DNA of 64,000 nt from Candidatus Omnitrophota bacterium (lineage in GTDB: Bacteria > Omnitrophota > Gorgyraeia > Gygaellales > Profunditerraquicolaceae), in contig JBEKHW010000004.1 of NCBI GenBank assembly GCA_050012075.1, forward strand, positions 8,864-72,863. The letters run 5' to 3'. This document shows positions 1 through 9,604 of the stretch, in pieces. Position numbers and translations under genes: made by a program. Positions within the stretch are counted from its first letter, which is position 1; each line of letters begins with the position of its first letter. The notes under the pieces were generated by a model. The model did not search any database. It was not told where the DNA came from and saw nothing but the letters and a program-made list of their open reading frames with translations.

Positions 1-2
1 GC

Positions 3-92
3 CGACCTAGCATTCTAACAGAAAAATTATCCCGGCAGCTGGGGATAGAGGTAATTGCTGCCTACGACGGGATGACTTTAGATTTTTCTTGA
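3..92 (+). CDS. 3' end of a probable MBL-fold metallo-hydrolase (partial, runs off the window)
   Basis: Hand translation RPSILTEKLSRQLGIEVIAAYDGMTLDFS*. AYDGM is the typical C-terminal motif of PhnP/MBL-fold proteins. Confidence 0.6.
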   Translation, partial: RPSILTEKLSRQLGIEVIAAYDGMTLDFS

Positions 93-117
93 CATAACTC
101 CATAACTATGATAGAGT
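89..117 (+). promoter_or_regulatory. sigma70-type promoter
   Basis: TTGACA (89-94), 17 nt, TAGAGT (112-117) with extended TG; SD AAGGAGG upstream of ATG 153. Confidence 0.6.
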
Positions 118-152
118 TAAAAAAATGATACTTAAACCAAAGGAGGTGGAGG

Positions 153-830
153 ATGAGTAGTTGGCAGTTAGTGTTACTGGAGCCAGCGAGAACAATTCTG
201 TCCCAAATCGGAACATTCTTCGCGTTTGTATTACTGGTGCTCATCATACTCCTGATAGGTTGGCTTATATCCAAACTCATCAGGACAGCGGTGACCAAAG
301 GGCTGCGCGCCATAAAGATCGATGAACTTTCCGACCGGATCGAGTTGGATAGCATCCTTGAAAAGGGCGGGATAACCTATTCTCTCTCTGAGTTATTAGG
401 TGTAATATCTTACTGGATCGGTCTTCTAGTCACTTTTATGGTTGCTATCAATGCCGTTGGCCTTACTGTGGCAGCGGACCTTTTAAACAAGATAGTGCTG
501 TATATACCTAATATAGTCGCAGCGGTTTTTATCCTCGTATTAGGTATGTTTGTGGCGGCCCTCTTAAGGAACATCGTCCAGACCGCCGCTAATAATGCGG
601 GTCTGTCGCACGTGAAACTCTTAAGTAAGGCTGTAGAGGTAATCGTGACTGTTTTTGTGGTCCTGGTAGCGCTTGAGCAGCTTAAGATAGGGATTCGCAT
701 TACCGAACTTACCATAGCTGTTATCCTGGGTTCAATAGGCCTGGGATTGGCGTTGGCGTTTGGTTTGGGCTGCAAAGATATAGCAGGACGCGCCGTCAAC
801 GATTTTGTGGATAAACTGAAGAAGAAATAA
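153..830 (+). CDS. TM-helix repeat membrane protein (CmpX/MscS-related)
   Basis: 225 aa, several TM helices, YIPNIVAAVFILVLG repeat motif, ALAFGLG C-terminal motif. Confidence 0.75.
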   Translation: MSSWQLVLLEPARTILSQIGTFFAFVLLVLIILLIGWLISKLIRTAVTKGLRAIKIDELSDRIELDSILEKGGITYSLSELLGVISYWIGLLVTFMVAINAVGLTVAADLLNKIVLYIPNIVAAVFILVLGMFVAALLRNIVQTAANNAGLSHVKLLSKAVEVIVTVFVVLVALEQLKIGIRITELTIAVILGSIGLGLALAFGLGCKDIAGRAVNDFVDKLKKK

Positions 831-853
831 GATATTTTTGTATCAGTAAACAA

Positions 854-923
854 TAGCCCCGCACCTTTTCCTTATTCAAGTACTTTAGCTAAATACATGA
901 ATGAGATAAAAGGTGCGGGGCTA
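854..923. repeat. CCCCGCACCTT..AAGGTGCGGGG palindromic mini-element, copy 1
   Basis: Perfect 16-bp inverted repeat tagccccgcacctttt (854-869) / aaaaggtgcggggcta (908-923), partly palindromic interior; same termini as the 63233-63312 copy. Confidence 0.85.
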
Positions 924-934
924 ATATTTTTAAT

Positions 935-1621
935 ATGCATATCCCCGATGGTTACTTAGGCCCTGCTACATCCGGAATTTTTTACGCAATCATGCTGCCT
1001 ATATGGGCGGCTGCTTCAAGGATTGTTAAAAAAACGCTTTCTGCAAAACAAGTTCCGCTTCTGGCAATAGGCGCATCTTTTACCTTCCTGATCATGATGT
1101 TTAATATTCCCATACCAGGCGGTTCAACCGGCCACGCTGTCGGAGGCGTATTGGTTGCGATACTTCTCGGCCCCTGGGCTGCCTGTATTGCCGTAACCGT
1201 TTCCCTTGTTATTCAAGCGCTCCTGTTCGGGGATGGCGGGATTACTGCCATAGGCGCTAATTCTTTTAACATGGCTTTTATAATGCCTTTTACCGGATAT
1301 TTTATTTATAAGGTAATAAGCGCAAAGGCGGGCCTCAAATCTTTACGTAGGACCATAGCAGCTGGTATTGCCGGATACGCAGGTCTTAATCTCGCCGCGT
1401 TATTTACGGCGGTTGAATTCGGCCTGCAGCCCCTTTTACATAAAACCGGGCAGGGCCAGGCGCTTTATTGTCCTTATGGGTTGAATGTAGCCATACCCGT
1501 GATGGCCTTGGAACATTTATTGTTATTCGGTTTTATTGAAGGGATTATAACTGCCCTGGTAGTCAGGTTTTTGCAGCAGCATTCTCCAGGGCTCCTTGAA
1601 GGAAAGCGTGATATTTTATGA
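935..1621 (+). CDS. cbiM: Co/Ni ECF transporter substrate-binding component CbiM/NikM
   Basis: N-terminal MHIPDGYL, GSTGHAVGG, QALLFGDGGITAIGAN. Confidence 0.92.
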   Translation: MHIPDGYLGPATSGIFYAIMLPIWAAASRIVKKTLSAKQVPLLAIGASFTFLIMMFNIPIPGGSTGHAVGGVLVAILLGPWAACIAVTVSLVIQALLFGDGGITAIGANSFNMAFIMPFTGYFIYKVISAKAGLKSLRRTIAAGIAGYAGLNLAALFTAVEFGLQPLLHKTGQGQALYCPYGLNVAIPVMALEHLLLFGFIEGIITALVVRFLQQHSPGLLEGKRDIL

Positions 1622-1950
1622 AAATCGCAAATAAATTATGGCTGGGGCTAGCGATTTTACTCCTTATTTCACCTTTAGGAATTTTACTGCCGTATTATTT
1701 TAAGGCCGGCGGCGCCTGGGGTGAATGGGGAGTTAGTGAAATGCAGGAACTTGTAGGATATATCCCGAAAGGGATGGGGAAATTGTCATCTTTATGGAAT
1801 GCGCCTATGTCCTATTATTCGTTTAAAGGATGCCAAGAAAAAGGGTTGTTTTGTGCAGCTCTTGCCTATATAATATCCGCAGCGCTAGGGATAGCATTAA
1901 TTATTTTGCTGGTAATGATTCTTGGTAGAATATTAGTAAAAAAAAGGTGA
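1618..1950 (+). CDS. Small ECF accessory membrane protein (NikN/PDGLE-like)
   Basis: Two TM segments, GAWGEW motif, located between cbiM and cbiQ. Confidence 0.75.
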   Translation: MKIANKLWLGLAILLLISPLGILLPYYFKAGGAWGEWGVSEMQELVGYIPKGMGKLSSLWNAPMSYYSFKGCQEKGLFCAALAYIISAALGIALIILLVMILGRILVKKR

Positions 1951-1955
1951 AATAA

Positions 1956-2804
1956 GTGTTGAAGAATGGTAATTTTATAGAGCGCTCACTTCTAGGCGCT
2001 CTATATTTTTTGAAAGAATCAGTCCTTGCGGATGAGCACGCCGCAAAAAACGGGTTCTTGCAGGCGGTTCATCCGCGGATAAAGACAATAACTATGATAA
2101 TGTTTATAATCCTTGCTATCCTGGTTAAGCATATCATACTCCTGGTTTTTCTTTACGCGTTATGCCTGACGCTGGCGTATTTATCTTCGGTAAGGTTAGG
2201 TTTATTTATTAAAAGGACATGGATATTTATTCCTTTATTCTCGCTCTTTATCGCTATCCCCGCCGTCTTTAATATTTTTAGCCCGGGTGAGGCAGTAGCA
2301 AGATTCAGTTTCTTAGGGTTAGATTTTATAATTACGAGGCAAGGCATAAACAGCGCTGTTTTATTTGTGATGAGAGTTGCCGTATCCGTTTCCTTTGCCG
2401 TGCTACTTGCTCTTACCACAAGGCATTTTGTGCTGCTTAAGACGCTGCGTGTTTTTGGGGTGCCGCAGGTTTTCGTAATGACTATCGGGATGTGCCACCG
2501 CTACATCTATCTGTTTATAGAAATAATAGAAAATACCTATCTTGCCATTAAGAGCAGGGTAGGTGTGTTAGTCAACCCTAAAAGCGGGCAGAGGATTGTC
2601 GCATGGAATATCGCGCAATTATGGCAACGCTCTTATGTCTTAAGCCAGGATGTATATAATGCCATGCTTTCCCGCGGCTTTAGAGGAGAACCGGTTGTAT
2701 TGCATGAGCCAAGGATGACCCGGGTTGATTTTTCCTGGCTTTTATTTGCTATGTTTATCTTTATTTGCGGCATGTATTTAAATTGGCGCCTGCCTTTATA
2801 TTAA
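1956..2804 (+). CDS. cbiQ: Co/Ni ECF transporter T component CbiQ
   Basis: HPRIK, RYIYLF, AIKSR and AMLSRGF motifs. Confidence 0.9.
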   Translation: MLKNGNFIERSLLGALYFLKESVLADEHAAKNGFLQAVHPRIKTITMIMFIILAILVKHIILLVFLYALCLTLAYLSSVRLGLFIKRTWIFIPLFSLFIAIPAVFNIFSPGEAVARFSFLGLDFIITRQGINSAVLFVMRVAVSVSFAVLLALTTRHFVLLKTLRVFGVPQVFVMTIGMCHRYIYLFIEIIENTYLAIKSRVGVLVNPKSGQRIVAWNIAQLWQRSYVLSQDVYNAMLSRGFRGEPVVLHEPRMTRVDFSWLLFAMFIFICGMYLNWRLPLY

Positions 2805-3623
2805 ATGGAAAACACAATATTTGAGCTTAGGGATATCTCATTTTCTTATTTAGGCAAATACCCTGCCTTGTGCGATATAAACGCCCGGATAGAAAAAGGC
2901 CAGAGGGCAGCACTTCTGGGCGCAAACGGTTCGGGCAAATCTACATTTTTACATATATTGGACGGCCTGATTTTTCCTGATAAGGGTATAATTACGGCTT
3001 TCGGCAGCGAGTTGAATGAAAAGGCATTGAACGACAACGGGTTTTCCCGTTTGTTCAGGCGCAGGGTTGGATTTGTATTCCAGAATCCGGATGTCCAGCT
3101 GTTCTGCCCTAGCGCAAGGGAAGATATCGTCTTTGGGCCGCTAGAGCTTGGTATAGGCGAAGCTGAAACAGAAAGGCGCCTCGGCAAGATAGCGGCACTT
3201 TTACAGATAGAACGCCTCCTTGACAGGCCGCCTCATCAATTAAGTATCGGGGAGAAACGCAAAGTCGCCATAGCTTCTGTCCTGGTAATTGAGCCGGAGG
3301 TGCTATTGCTGGATGAGCCAACGGCAGGGCTTGACCCTGCTACGACCAGGCATATACTTGATTTACTCCTTGAGGCCAATAATTCCGGAAAGACCATTAT
3401 TACGGCAACGCATGATTTGCATTTGCTAGAGGAGATAGCGGATTCTGTTTATGTTTTTAGCCAGGATAAAAGATTAATCAGGACCGGTAATCCCAGAGAA
3501 GTCCTGAAAGATACGCAATTCCTTAAAGAGAACAATCTGCTGCACATTCATTCTCACCGGCATGACGGCACGGTACATATCCATCCGCACGAGCATTTTA
3601 CAGACCACCATCAATCCCCCTAA
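2805..3623 (+). CDS. cbiO: ECF ATPase CbiO with His-rich C-terminal tail
   Basis: GANGSGKST, VFQNPDVQLF, LSIGEKRK, LLLDEPT; tail HIHSHRHDGTVHIHPHEHFTDHH. Confidence 0.9.
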   Translation: MENTIFELRDISFSYLGKYPALCDINARIEKGQRAALLGANGSGKSTFLHILDGLIFPDKGIITAFGSELNEKALNDNGFSRLFRRRVGFVFQNPDVQLFCPSAREDIVFGPLELGIGEAETERRLGKIAALLQIERLLDRPPHQLSIGEKRKVAIASVLVIEPEVLLLDEPTAGLDPATTRHILDLLLEANNSGKTIITATHDLHLLEEIADSVYVFSQDKRLIRTGNPREVLKDTQFLKENNLLHIHSHRHDGTVHIHPHEHFTDHHQSP

Positions 3624-3630
3624 TATAAGC

Positions 3631-3687
3631 TTGACAAACACACTAATCCTATATATCATATTATTCATACATTTCATACTTATCCAA
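3631..3687 (+). promoter_or_regulatory. sigma70 promoter overlapped by 9-bp-period TCATA direct repeats (putative operator)
   Basis: TTGACA 3631-3636, 17 nt, TATCAT 3654-3659; TCCTA/TCATA/TCATA/TCATA/TCCAA start at 3647, 3656, 3665, 3674, 3683. Confidence 0.65.
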
Positions 3688-3697
3688 GGAGGTGCTA

Positions 3698-3934
3698 ATG
3701 AAAAGTTTTATGAAGGGGAAGTTCTTTGGTTCGGTTACAGTCGGAGAAAGAGGGCAGGTAGTCATACCCGCAGAGGTGAGGAAATCCTTTAAGATTAAAA
3801 CCGGGGATAAATTGATAGTCCTTTGTAAGCCGGATCATGGAATGTTAAATCTTGTGCCGGCAGATAATTTTAACCGGTTTTTAAACGAAGCGGCGAATTT
3901 ACTGTCAAAACTTAAAAAGAAAGCTGTAAAATAA
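3698..3934 (+). CDS. AbrB/MazE/SpoVT family DNA-binding protein
   Basis: GSVTVGERGQVVIPAEVRK..IKTGDKL; SD AAGGAGG 3686-3692 favours ATG 3698. Confidence 0.88.
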   Translation: MKSFMKGKFFGSVTVGERGQVVIPAEVRKSFKIKTGDKLIVLCKPDHGMLNLVPADNFNRFLNEAANLLSKLKKKAVK

Positions 3935-3940
3935 TCATCC

Positions 3941-5227
3941 ATGGCAAGTAAGTACTCATATTATTTTATAATTTCATTATTATTCCTTGGCTTTATTTGC
4001 CCGGATGCGAGGGCCGAAGAGGCACTTACCTGGCAGGGCTGTATTAAAGAAGCCGCGAAAAACCATCCTGATTTAATCGCGGCGGTAGAAATCGTCAAAC
4101 AATCCGAAGCCAGCAAAAAGATTACCGCAAGCACGTTGTTTCCTCAGGTCAACGCAGAATTAAACGCATCAACAGCAAAAACTCCTAGCGGCGGAGGTTC
4201 ATCAAGTCAAACTGCCGATAGCTACTCTTATGGAGTAACGGGAAGCCAGCTATTGTTTGATGCCGGCAAGACAATTAATAATGTGAGGGCGGCAGGGGAA
4301 AATATAAAGGCTTCTCAACAGGGTTTCAGGTTTACTTCTTCTCAGGTACGCCTGCGGCTCAGGACCGCCTTTGCTAATTTACTTAGCGCGCAAGAATTAA
4401 TCCATGTTACAGAAGAGATCGTCAAGATAAGAAAGGATAATTTAGAACTTATAATGTTACGTTACTTATCCGGATTAGAGCATAAAGGAGCCCTGTTGAC
4501 GGCTGAAGCAAATTTAACCGCTGCTAATTTACAGGTTTCTCAGGCAAAAAGGGATGTTGAGCTGGCGCAAAGGCAGCTGACTAAGGAAATGGGGCGCAAA
4601 GAATTTGTCCCTATGAGCGTAAAAGGAGACTTCGCTGTAGGTAATACTGTAAACGAAAAACCGGATTTAGAAGCTTTAGCTAAAAACCATCCTTCTTTAC
4701 TACAACTCACAGCAGAAAAGAACGCTGCGGAATTCGAGCTTAAATCTACTTATGCAAACTTCTTTCCTACGCTTTCCGGACAGGCGGGCGCAGGTAAAAC
4801 AGATTCACATTGGGCGCCTCAAGGGGATCAATGGAATCTCGGTTTGGCTTTATCAGTTCCTATATTTGAAGGGGGCTTAAGATTCGCGCAGGTATCTCAG
4901 GCAAAAGCCGTTCTGAATCAGTTACAGGCCAATGAAAGAAGCGCACGAGACGGTATTATTGTAAATTTAGAGCAGACCTGGACGGCATTACAAAACGCTA
5001 TTGAAAATATCGGAGTACAAAATAAACAACTAGCTGCTGCTGAAGAGCGGTCAAAAATAGCCGAAGCAGAATTTTCAACAGGCTTTATCACCTATGATAA
5101 CTGGACAATTATTGAGGATAACCTGGTGAGTGCTAAGACTGCCTATTTAAATGCCCAGGCAAATACCTTACTTGCCGAAGCAAACTGGATTCAGGCGAAA
5201 GGAGAGACGTTGGAATATGCGCAATAA
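3941..5227 (+). CDS. TolC family outer-membrane efflux protein
   Basis: Signal peptide, two OEP repeats (..LFDAG.., LSVPIFEGG), coiled helices. Confidence 0.88.
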   Translation: MASKYSYYFIISLLFLGFICPDARAEEALTWQGCIKEAAKNHPDLIAAVEIVKQSEASKKITASTLFPQVNAELNASTAKTPSGGGSSSQTADSYSYGVTGSQLLFDAGKTINNVRAAGENIKASQQGFRFTSSQVRLRLRTAFANLLSAQELIHVTEEIVKIRKDNLELIMLRYLSGLEHKGALLTAEANLTAANLQVSQAKRDVELAQRQLTKEMGRKEFVPMSVKGDFAVGNTVNEKPDLEALAKNHPSLLQLTAEKNAAEFELKSTYANFFPTLSGQAGAGKTDSHWAPQGDQWNLGLALSVPIFEGGLRFAQVSQAKAVLNQLQANERSARDGIIVNLEQTWTALQNAIENIGVQNKQLAAAEERSKIAEAEFSTGFITYDNWTIIEDNLVSAKTAYLNAQANTLLAEANWIQAKGETLEYAQ

Positions 5228-6188
5228 AAATTTAAAAATTACTTTTGTTGTCCTGGTTATATTAGCTATCTCGGCATTCGTTGTGTTTAAGATGAGAAGC
5301 AAAGGTTCAAGCAAAGAAATGACAACGGAGATCAGCCCGACTGTCGGCACAATCCAGACTTTTATCTCTACTACGGGGACGGTCTTGCCTAAGAACCGCC
5401 TGGAAGTGAAACCTCCGGTTGGCGGCCGTATTGACAGTATCTTGGTGCAGGAAGGAGAAAATGTAAAAACAGGTCAGATTTTAGCCTGGATGAGTTCTAC
5501 TGAAAGGGCTGCGCTTTTAGATGCTGCAGAGGGTCAGGGTGAAGAACAATTAAAATATTGGAAAGAAGTCTATAAGGCTATACCGTTACTTTCGCCAATA
5601 GACGGACAGGTTATAGTAGCGACAACTCAGCCAGGTCAGACCGTTACTACGACTGATGCAGTAATTGTTCTATCGGATCATCTTATTGTGCGGGCCCAGG
5701 TCGATGAGACTGATATCGGTAAAATAAAGGTTGGGCAAGGGGCAGCTATTACTTTGGATGCATATCCAGAAACAAAAATAAATGCCTCCGTAGAGCATAT
5801 ATATTATGAATCCCAAACTGTAAATAACGTCACTATTTATAATGTTGATTTGTTGCCTGAAAATGTGCCGCCATTTTTCCGTTCAGGGATGAATGCGACT
5901 GTAGATTTCAAGTCAGAAGGTAAAGAAAATGCCTTACTTATTCCAGTTGGCGCAGTGCATAAAGAAAAAGATGCATCTTTTGTTTTATTAAAGCAGGAAG
6001 GCAGCAGAGAGCCGGTTAAGCGCGTTGTCGAATTGGGTATGACCGATGATAAGAATTTCGAAGTCCTTTCCGGCATAGACGCTAACGATAAAATAATCGT
6101 TAAGACAAAGAAATATGCTCTTCCTGGCAGTAGCGTAGGGAGTAATCCATTTATGCCAGCCAGGCAGCAAAAGAAGAAATCAAGCTAA
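5217..6188 (+). CDS. MacA-like efflux periplasmic adaptor
   Basis: N-terminal TM, lipoyl-like GGRIDSILVQEGENVKTGQ, VDETDIGKIKVGQ; ATG 5217 preferred over 5151. Confidence 0.88.
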   Translation: MRNKNLKITFVVLVILAISAFVVFKMRSKGSSKEMTTEISPTVGTIQTFISTTGTVLPKNRLEVKPPVGGRIDSILVQEGENVKTGQILAWMSSTERAALLDAAEGQGEEQLKYWKEVYKAIPLLSPIDGQVIVATTQPGQTVTTTDAVIVLSDHLIVRAQVDETDIGKIKVGQGAAITLDAYPETKINASVEHIYYESQTVNNVTIYNVDLLPENVPPFFRSGMNATVDFKSEGKENALLIPVGAVHKEKDASFVLLKQEGSREPVKRVVELGMTDDKNFEVLSGIDANDKIIVKTKKYALPGSSVGSNPFMPARQQKKKSS

Positions 6189-6209
6189 AATCACGATAGA
6201 AAGAAAACA

Positions 6210-8180
6210 ATGATAGAAGTAAAAAACTTATATAAAACCTACCAGATGGGGCAGGTTAAAGTAGAGGCCTTACGTAATGTATCGTTAAAGATTGCCTCAG
6301 GCGAGTTTGTCGCGATTATGGGCGCTTCTGGTTCAGGAAAATCTACTTTGATGCATGTTTTGGGGCTTCTGGATAGGGCTGATTCAGGAGAATATTTCTT
6401 GTCAGGAGCAGAAATTACCAAGCTTTCAGATCAGGAATTAGCTTTAGTCAGAAACCGGCTGGTAGGTTTTGTCTTTCAGCAATTTCATTTATTACCAAGG
6501 ATGACCGCTTTGGAAAATGTCGAACTTCCTCTTGTTTATGCCGGTAAGCGCCATATGAAGGAGAAGGCAAGGGAGAAAATTGAGGAGGTCGGTCTTAAGG
6601 AGAGGATGTTTCATCAGCCTAACGAGATGTCCGGGGGTCAGCAACAGAGAGTTGCGATTGCAAGATCCCTGGTAAATGAGCCGCCGATAATCTTTGCAGA
6701 TGAGCCAACGGGTAATCTTGATTCGAAAAGCAAAGAAGAAATAATGGCTGTAATAAAAGAGCTTAATCAGAAAGGTAAAACGGTAGTTATTGTTACTCAT
6801 GAAAGCGAGATTGCCGCTCATGCCAGAAGGATTATTCAGATGCGTGACGGCCAGATTATTTCCGATAAGACTGTTTCTGACGAAACAAAAACCTCCGAAA
6901 TCAGTATCCCGGAAGATTTAATAAAAAATATCTTATCAAAATCCACCGATGCAGTAAAAGGGGGGATAGAATTTTTAGACTATCTTAGGCAGGCAATCTT
7001 TGCTATGTTGGCGCATAAGATGCGCGCATTTCTATCCATCCTTGGCATACTCATAGGCGTAGCTGCTGTTATTGCCATGATCGCTTTGGGCAGCGGAGCT
7101 CAGAAATCAATAGAGCAACAGCTGGCTTCATTGGGCTCTAACCTTTTGTTAGTCAGGCCCGGCTCTCCTAAGGTAGGAGGGATAGCCATGCAGGCCACAA
7201 CTACTCGGTTTACTTTCCAGGACCTAACGGCGATTTCCAAGCTTACAGACATGATAAAATATATCAGTCCTTCAGTAACCGGCCGGGCGCAAATCGTCTA
7301 TGGAAATAAAAACTGGAATACTCAGGTCGAAGGCGTAGGGGTAGATTATGAACAATTGCGCGTTACTACTCCTGCAGTCGGAAGGTTCTTTACGGATCAA
7401 GAAGTAAAAATGAGAAATAAGGTGGTTTTACTTGGAATGACTGTTGTACGCGAGCTTTTCGGAGATACTAATCCCATCGGAGAAACCATAAAAATAAATT
7501 TGATTAATGTTAAGGTTATTGGGATTTTGCCCCAGAAAGGCGCAACGGGGTTTCGTGATCAGGATGATACCGTTATTGTTCCCATAACTACTGCAATGTA
7601 TAGGCTTTTGGGGAAACAATATATTGATCAAATTTACGTTGAAGCAAAATCACCGGATTTAGTGGATACGGCACAGGATGCAATAACGCAAACGCTTGTA
7701 AAACAACATCATATAAATCCAAAAGATGCAGATGATGCATTCCAAATACGCAATATGTCTGATATTAAGGCAGCGATGGAATCAAGCACTAAAACCATGA
7801 GTTTATTATTGGGTTGTATTGCCGCAATTTCTCTTTTGGTAGGCGGAATAGGGATTATGAATATTATGCTTGTTTCAGTAACCGAACGCACTCGAGAAAT
7901 TGGTTTAAGAAAAGCAATAGGGGCAAGCAATAAAGATATCATGGTACAATTCCTTATTGAGGCGGTGTTGATGTCATTTATTGGGGGTGTAGCAGGCATT
8001 ATCTTAGGGATAGGTATTTCTATTGTGATCACCGTATTTAGTGGATGGGCAGTAATAATTTCTTTATTTCCCGTAGTCCTGGCGACAACATTCTCCCTAG
8101 TTGTTGGAATAGTATTTGGACTTTGGCCTGCCCAAAAGGCCTCCAAGCTCGATCCTATCGAGGCCTTAAGATACGAATAA
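6210..8180 (+). CDS. macB: MacB-type ABC transporter (fused ATPase-permease)
   Basis: GASGSGKST, SGGQQQRVAIAR, GGIGIMNIMLVSVTERTREIG, LDPIEALRYE. Confidence 0.9.
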   Translation: MIEVKNLYKTYQMGQVKVEALRNVSLKIASGEFVAIMGASGSGKSTLMHVLGLLDRADSGEYFLSGAEITKLSDQELALVRNRLVGFVFQQFHLLPRMTALENVELPLVYAGKRHMKEKAREKIEEVGLKERMFHQPNEMSGGQQQRVAIARSLVNEPPIIFADEPTGNLDSKSKEEIMAVIKELNQKGKTVVIVTHESEIAAHARRIIQMRDGQIISDKTVSDETKTSEISIPEDLIKNILSKSTDAVKGGIEFLDYLRQAIFAMLAHKMRAFLSILGILIGVAAVIAMIALGSGAQKSIEQQLASLGSNLLLVRPGSPKVGGIAMQATTTRFTFQDLTAISKLTDMIKYISPSVTGRAQIVYGNKNWNTQVEGVGVDYEQLRVTTPAVGRFFTDQEVKMRNKVVLLGMTVVRELFGDTNPIGETIKINLINVKVIGILPQKGATGFRDQDDTVIVPITTAMYRLLGKQYIDQIYVEAKSPDLVDTAQDAITQTLVKQHHINPKDADDAFQIRNMSDIKAAMESSTKTMSLLLGCIAAISLLVGGIGIMNIMLVSVTERTREIGLRKAIGASNKDIMVQFLIEAVLMSFIGGVAGIILGIGISIVITVFSGWAVIISLFPVVLATTFSLVVGIVFGLWPAQKASKLDPIEALRYE

Positions 8181-8214
8181 TCTTTATTTTTTACAAGGGG
8201 AATGAACTTCTAAA

Positions 8215-9519
8215 ATGAGTAAGATGTTGTTTACCAGGGATAGATTGAAAGTTATTTTCCGCACCCTGCGTTACAGGAATTACCGGCTATTTTTTGGCGG
8301 ACAAACCATATCTTTAACCGGCACTTGGATACAGCAGGTGGCAGTGGGCTGGCTCGTTTATCGCCTGACAAACTCTCCATTTTTATTGGGGATTGTAGGG
8401 TTCGTGGGGCAGGTGCCTACTTTTTTGTTTTCGCCTTTTGCGGGGGTCTTTGCGGACAGGCATAACCGCAGGAATATGCTGGTTATAACCCAGGCCCTTT
8501 CAATGGTACAGGCATTAATCTTGGCCATACTTCTTTTAACCGGCCACATCCAGGTCTGGCATATTGTCGTCTTAAGCGCAGCCCTTGGGATAATTAATTC
8601 TTTTGATATTCCGATACGCCAGGCCTTTACTGTGGAGATGATAGAAAACAGGGAAGATTTAAGCAATGCGATAGCGCTGAATTCATCTATGGTAAATGGG
8701 GCGAGGCTCATAGGCCCGTCCATAGCGGGAATACTGATTGCGACTGTTGGCGAGGGCGCCTGTTTTCTTCTGAATGCGGCTAGCTATATCGCGGTTATTG
8801 CGTCTTTGTTAGCGATGAAGGTCGCTCAAAAGGAAATTAAATCGCAGAACAGGCATATTTTTATGGAGTTAAAAGATGGCTTCAATTACGCTTTTCATTT
8901 CTCTCCTATCAGGATAATCCTTCTGCTTCTGGCGCTGGTCAGCCTCATGGGTGTACCCTACCAAGTATTAATGCCGGTTTTTGCCAAGGATATTTTCCAT
9001 GGCGGGCCGAATACCCTGGGATTTCTCGTCGCAATGAGCGGGATGGGGGCGTTGGCGGGGGCAATTTATCTGGCTGCCAGAAGAAATATCTTCGGATTAG
9101 ACAGGGTCATTGCTTTGTCTGCCGTTATTTTTGGCATCGGAATTATCGTATTCTCGGCGTCGCGCGTTTTATGGTTTTCTATGCTCGTATTGTTATTCAG
9201 CGGTTTTGGGATGATGGTCCAGATGGCATCAAGCAATACGATATTACAGACAATAGTTGATGAAGATAAGCGCGGAAGAGTGATGAGCTTTTATACAATG
9301 TCTTTCATGGGTATGTCGCCTTTTGGCAGCTTATTGGCAGGCAGCCTTGCCAGTAAAATAGGCGCTCCCGATACATTATTGATTGGCGGATTGTGTTGTA
9401 TTGTCGGGGCAATCATATTTTTCTTCAAACTTCCCTCCATAAGAACCAAAGTCCACGCGATCTACGCAAGTAAAGGTATTATCCCTGAGATAGCCAAAGG
9501 GATCCAATCGGCTGGATAA
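8215..9519 (+). CDS. MFS transporter
   Basis: About 12 TM helices, GVFADRHNRR and RGRVMS motifs. Confidence 0.9.
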   Translation: MSKMLFTRDRLKVIFRTLRYRNYRLFFGGQTISLTGTWIQQVAVGWLVYRLTNSPFLLGIVGFVGQVPTFLFSPFAGVFADRHNRRNMLVITQALSMVQALILAILLLTGHIQVWHIVVLSAALGIINSFDIPIRQAFTVEMIENREDLSNAIALNSSMVNGARLIGPSIAGILIATVGEGACFLLNAASYIAVIASLLAMKVAQKEIKSQNRHIFMELKDGFNYAFHFSPIRIILLLLALVSLMGVPYQVLMPVFAKDIFHGGPNTLGFLVAMSGMGALAGAIYLAARRNIFGLDRVIALSAVIFGIGIIVFSASRVLWFSMLVLLFSGFGMMVQMASSNTILQTIVDEDKRGRVMSFYTMSFMGMSPFGSLLAGSLASKIGAPDTLLIGGLCCIVGAIIFFFKLPSIRTKVHAIYASKGIIPEIAKGIQSAG

Positions 9520-9604
9520 CAGCCTACCCGTATTTTAATTGAGATTTTACGCAGTTGTTATATAATAAATTCCTTACGCACAAACAACCATCTCTTAATT
9601 AAGT

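Noticed and set aside
831-934. NiCo or cobalamin riboswitch upstream of cbiM
   Set aside because: No B12-box or four-way-junction motif; the hairpin matches the repeat at 63233.
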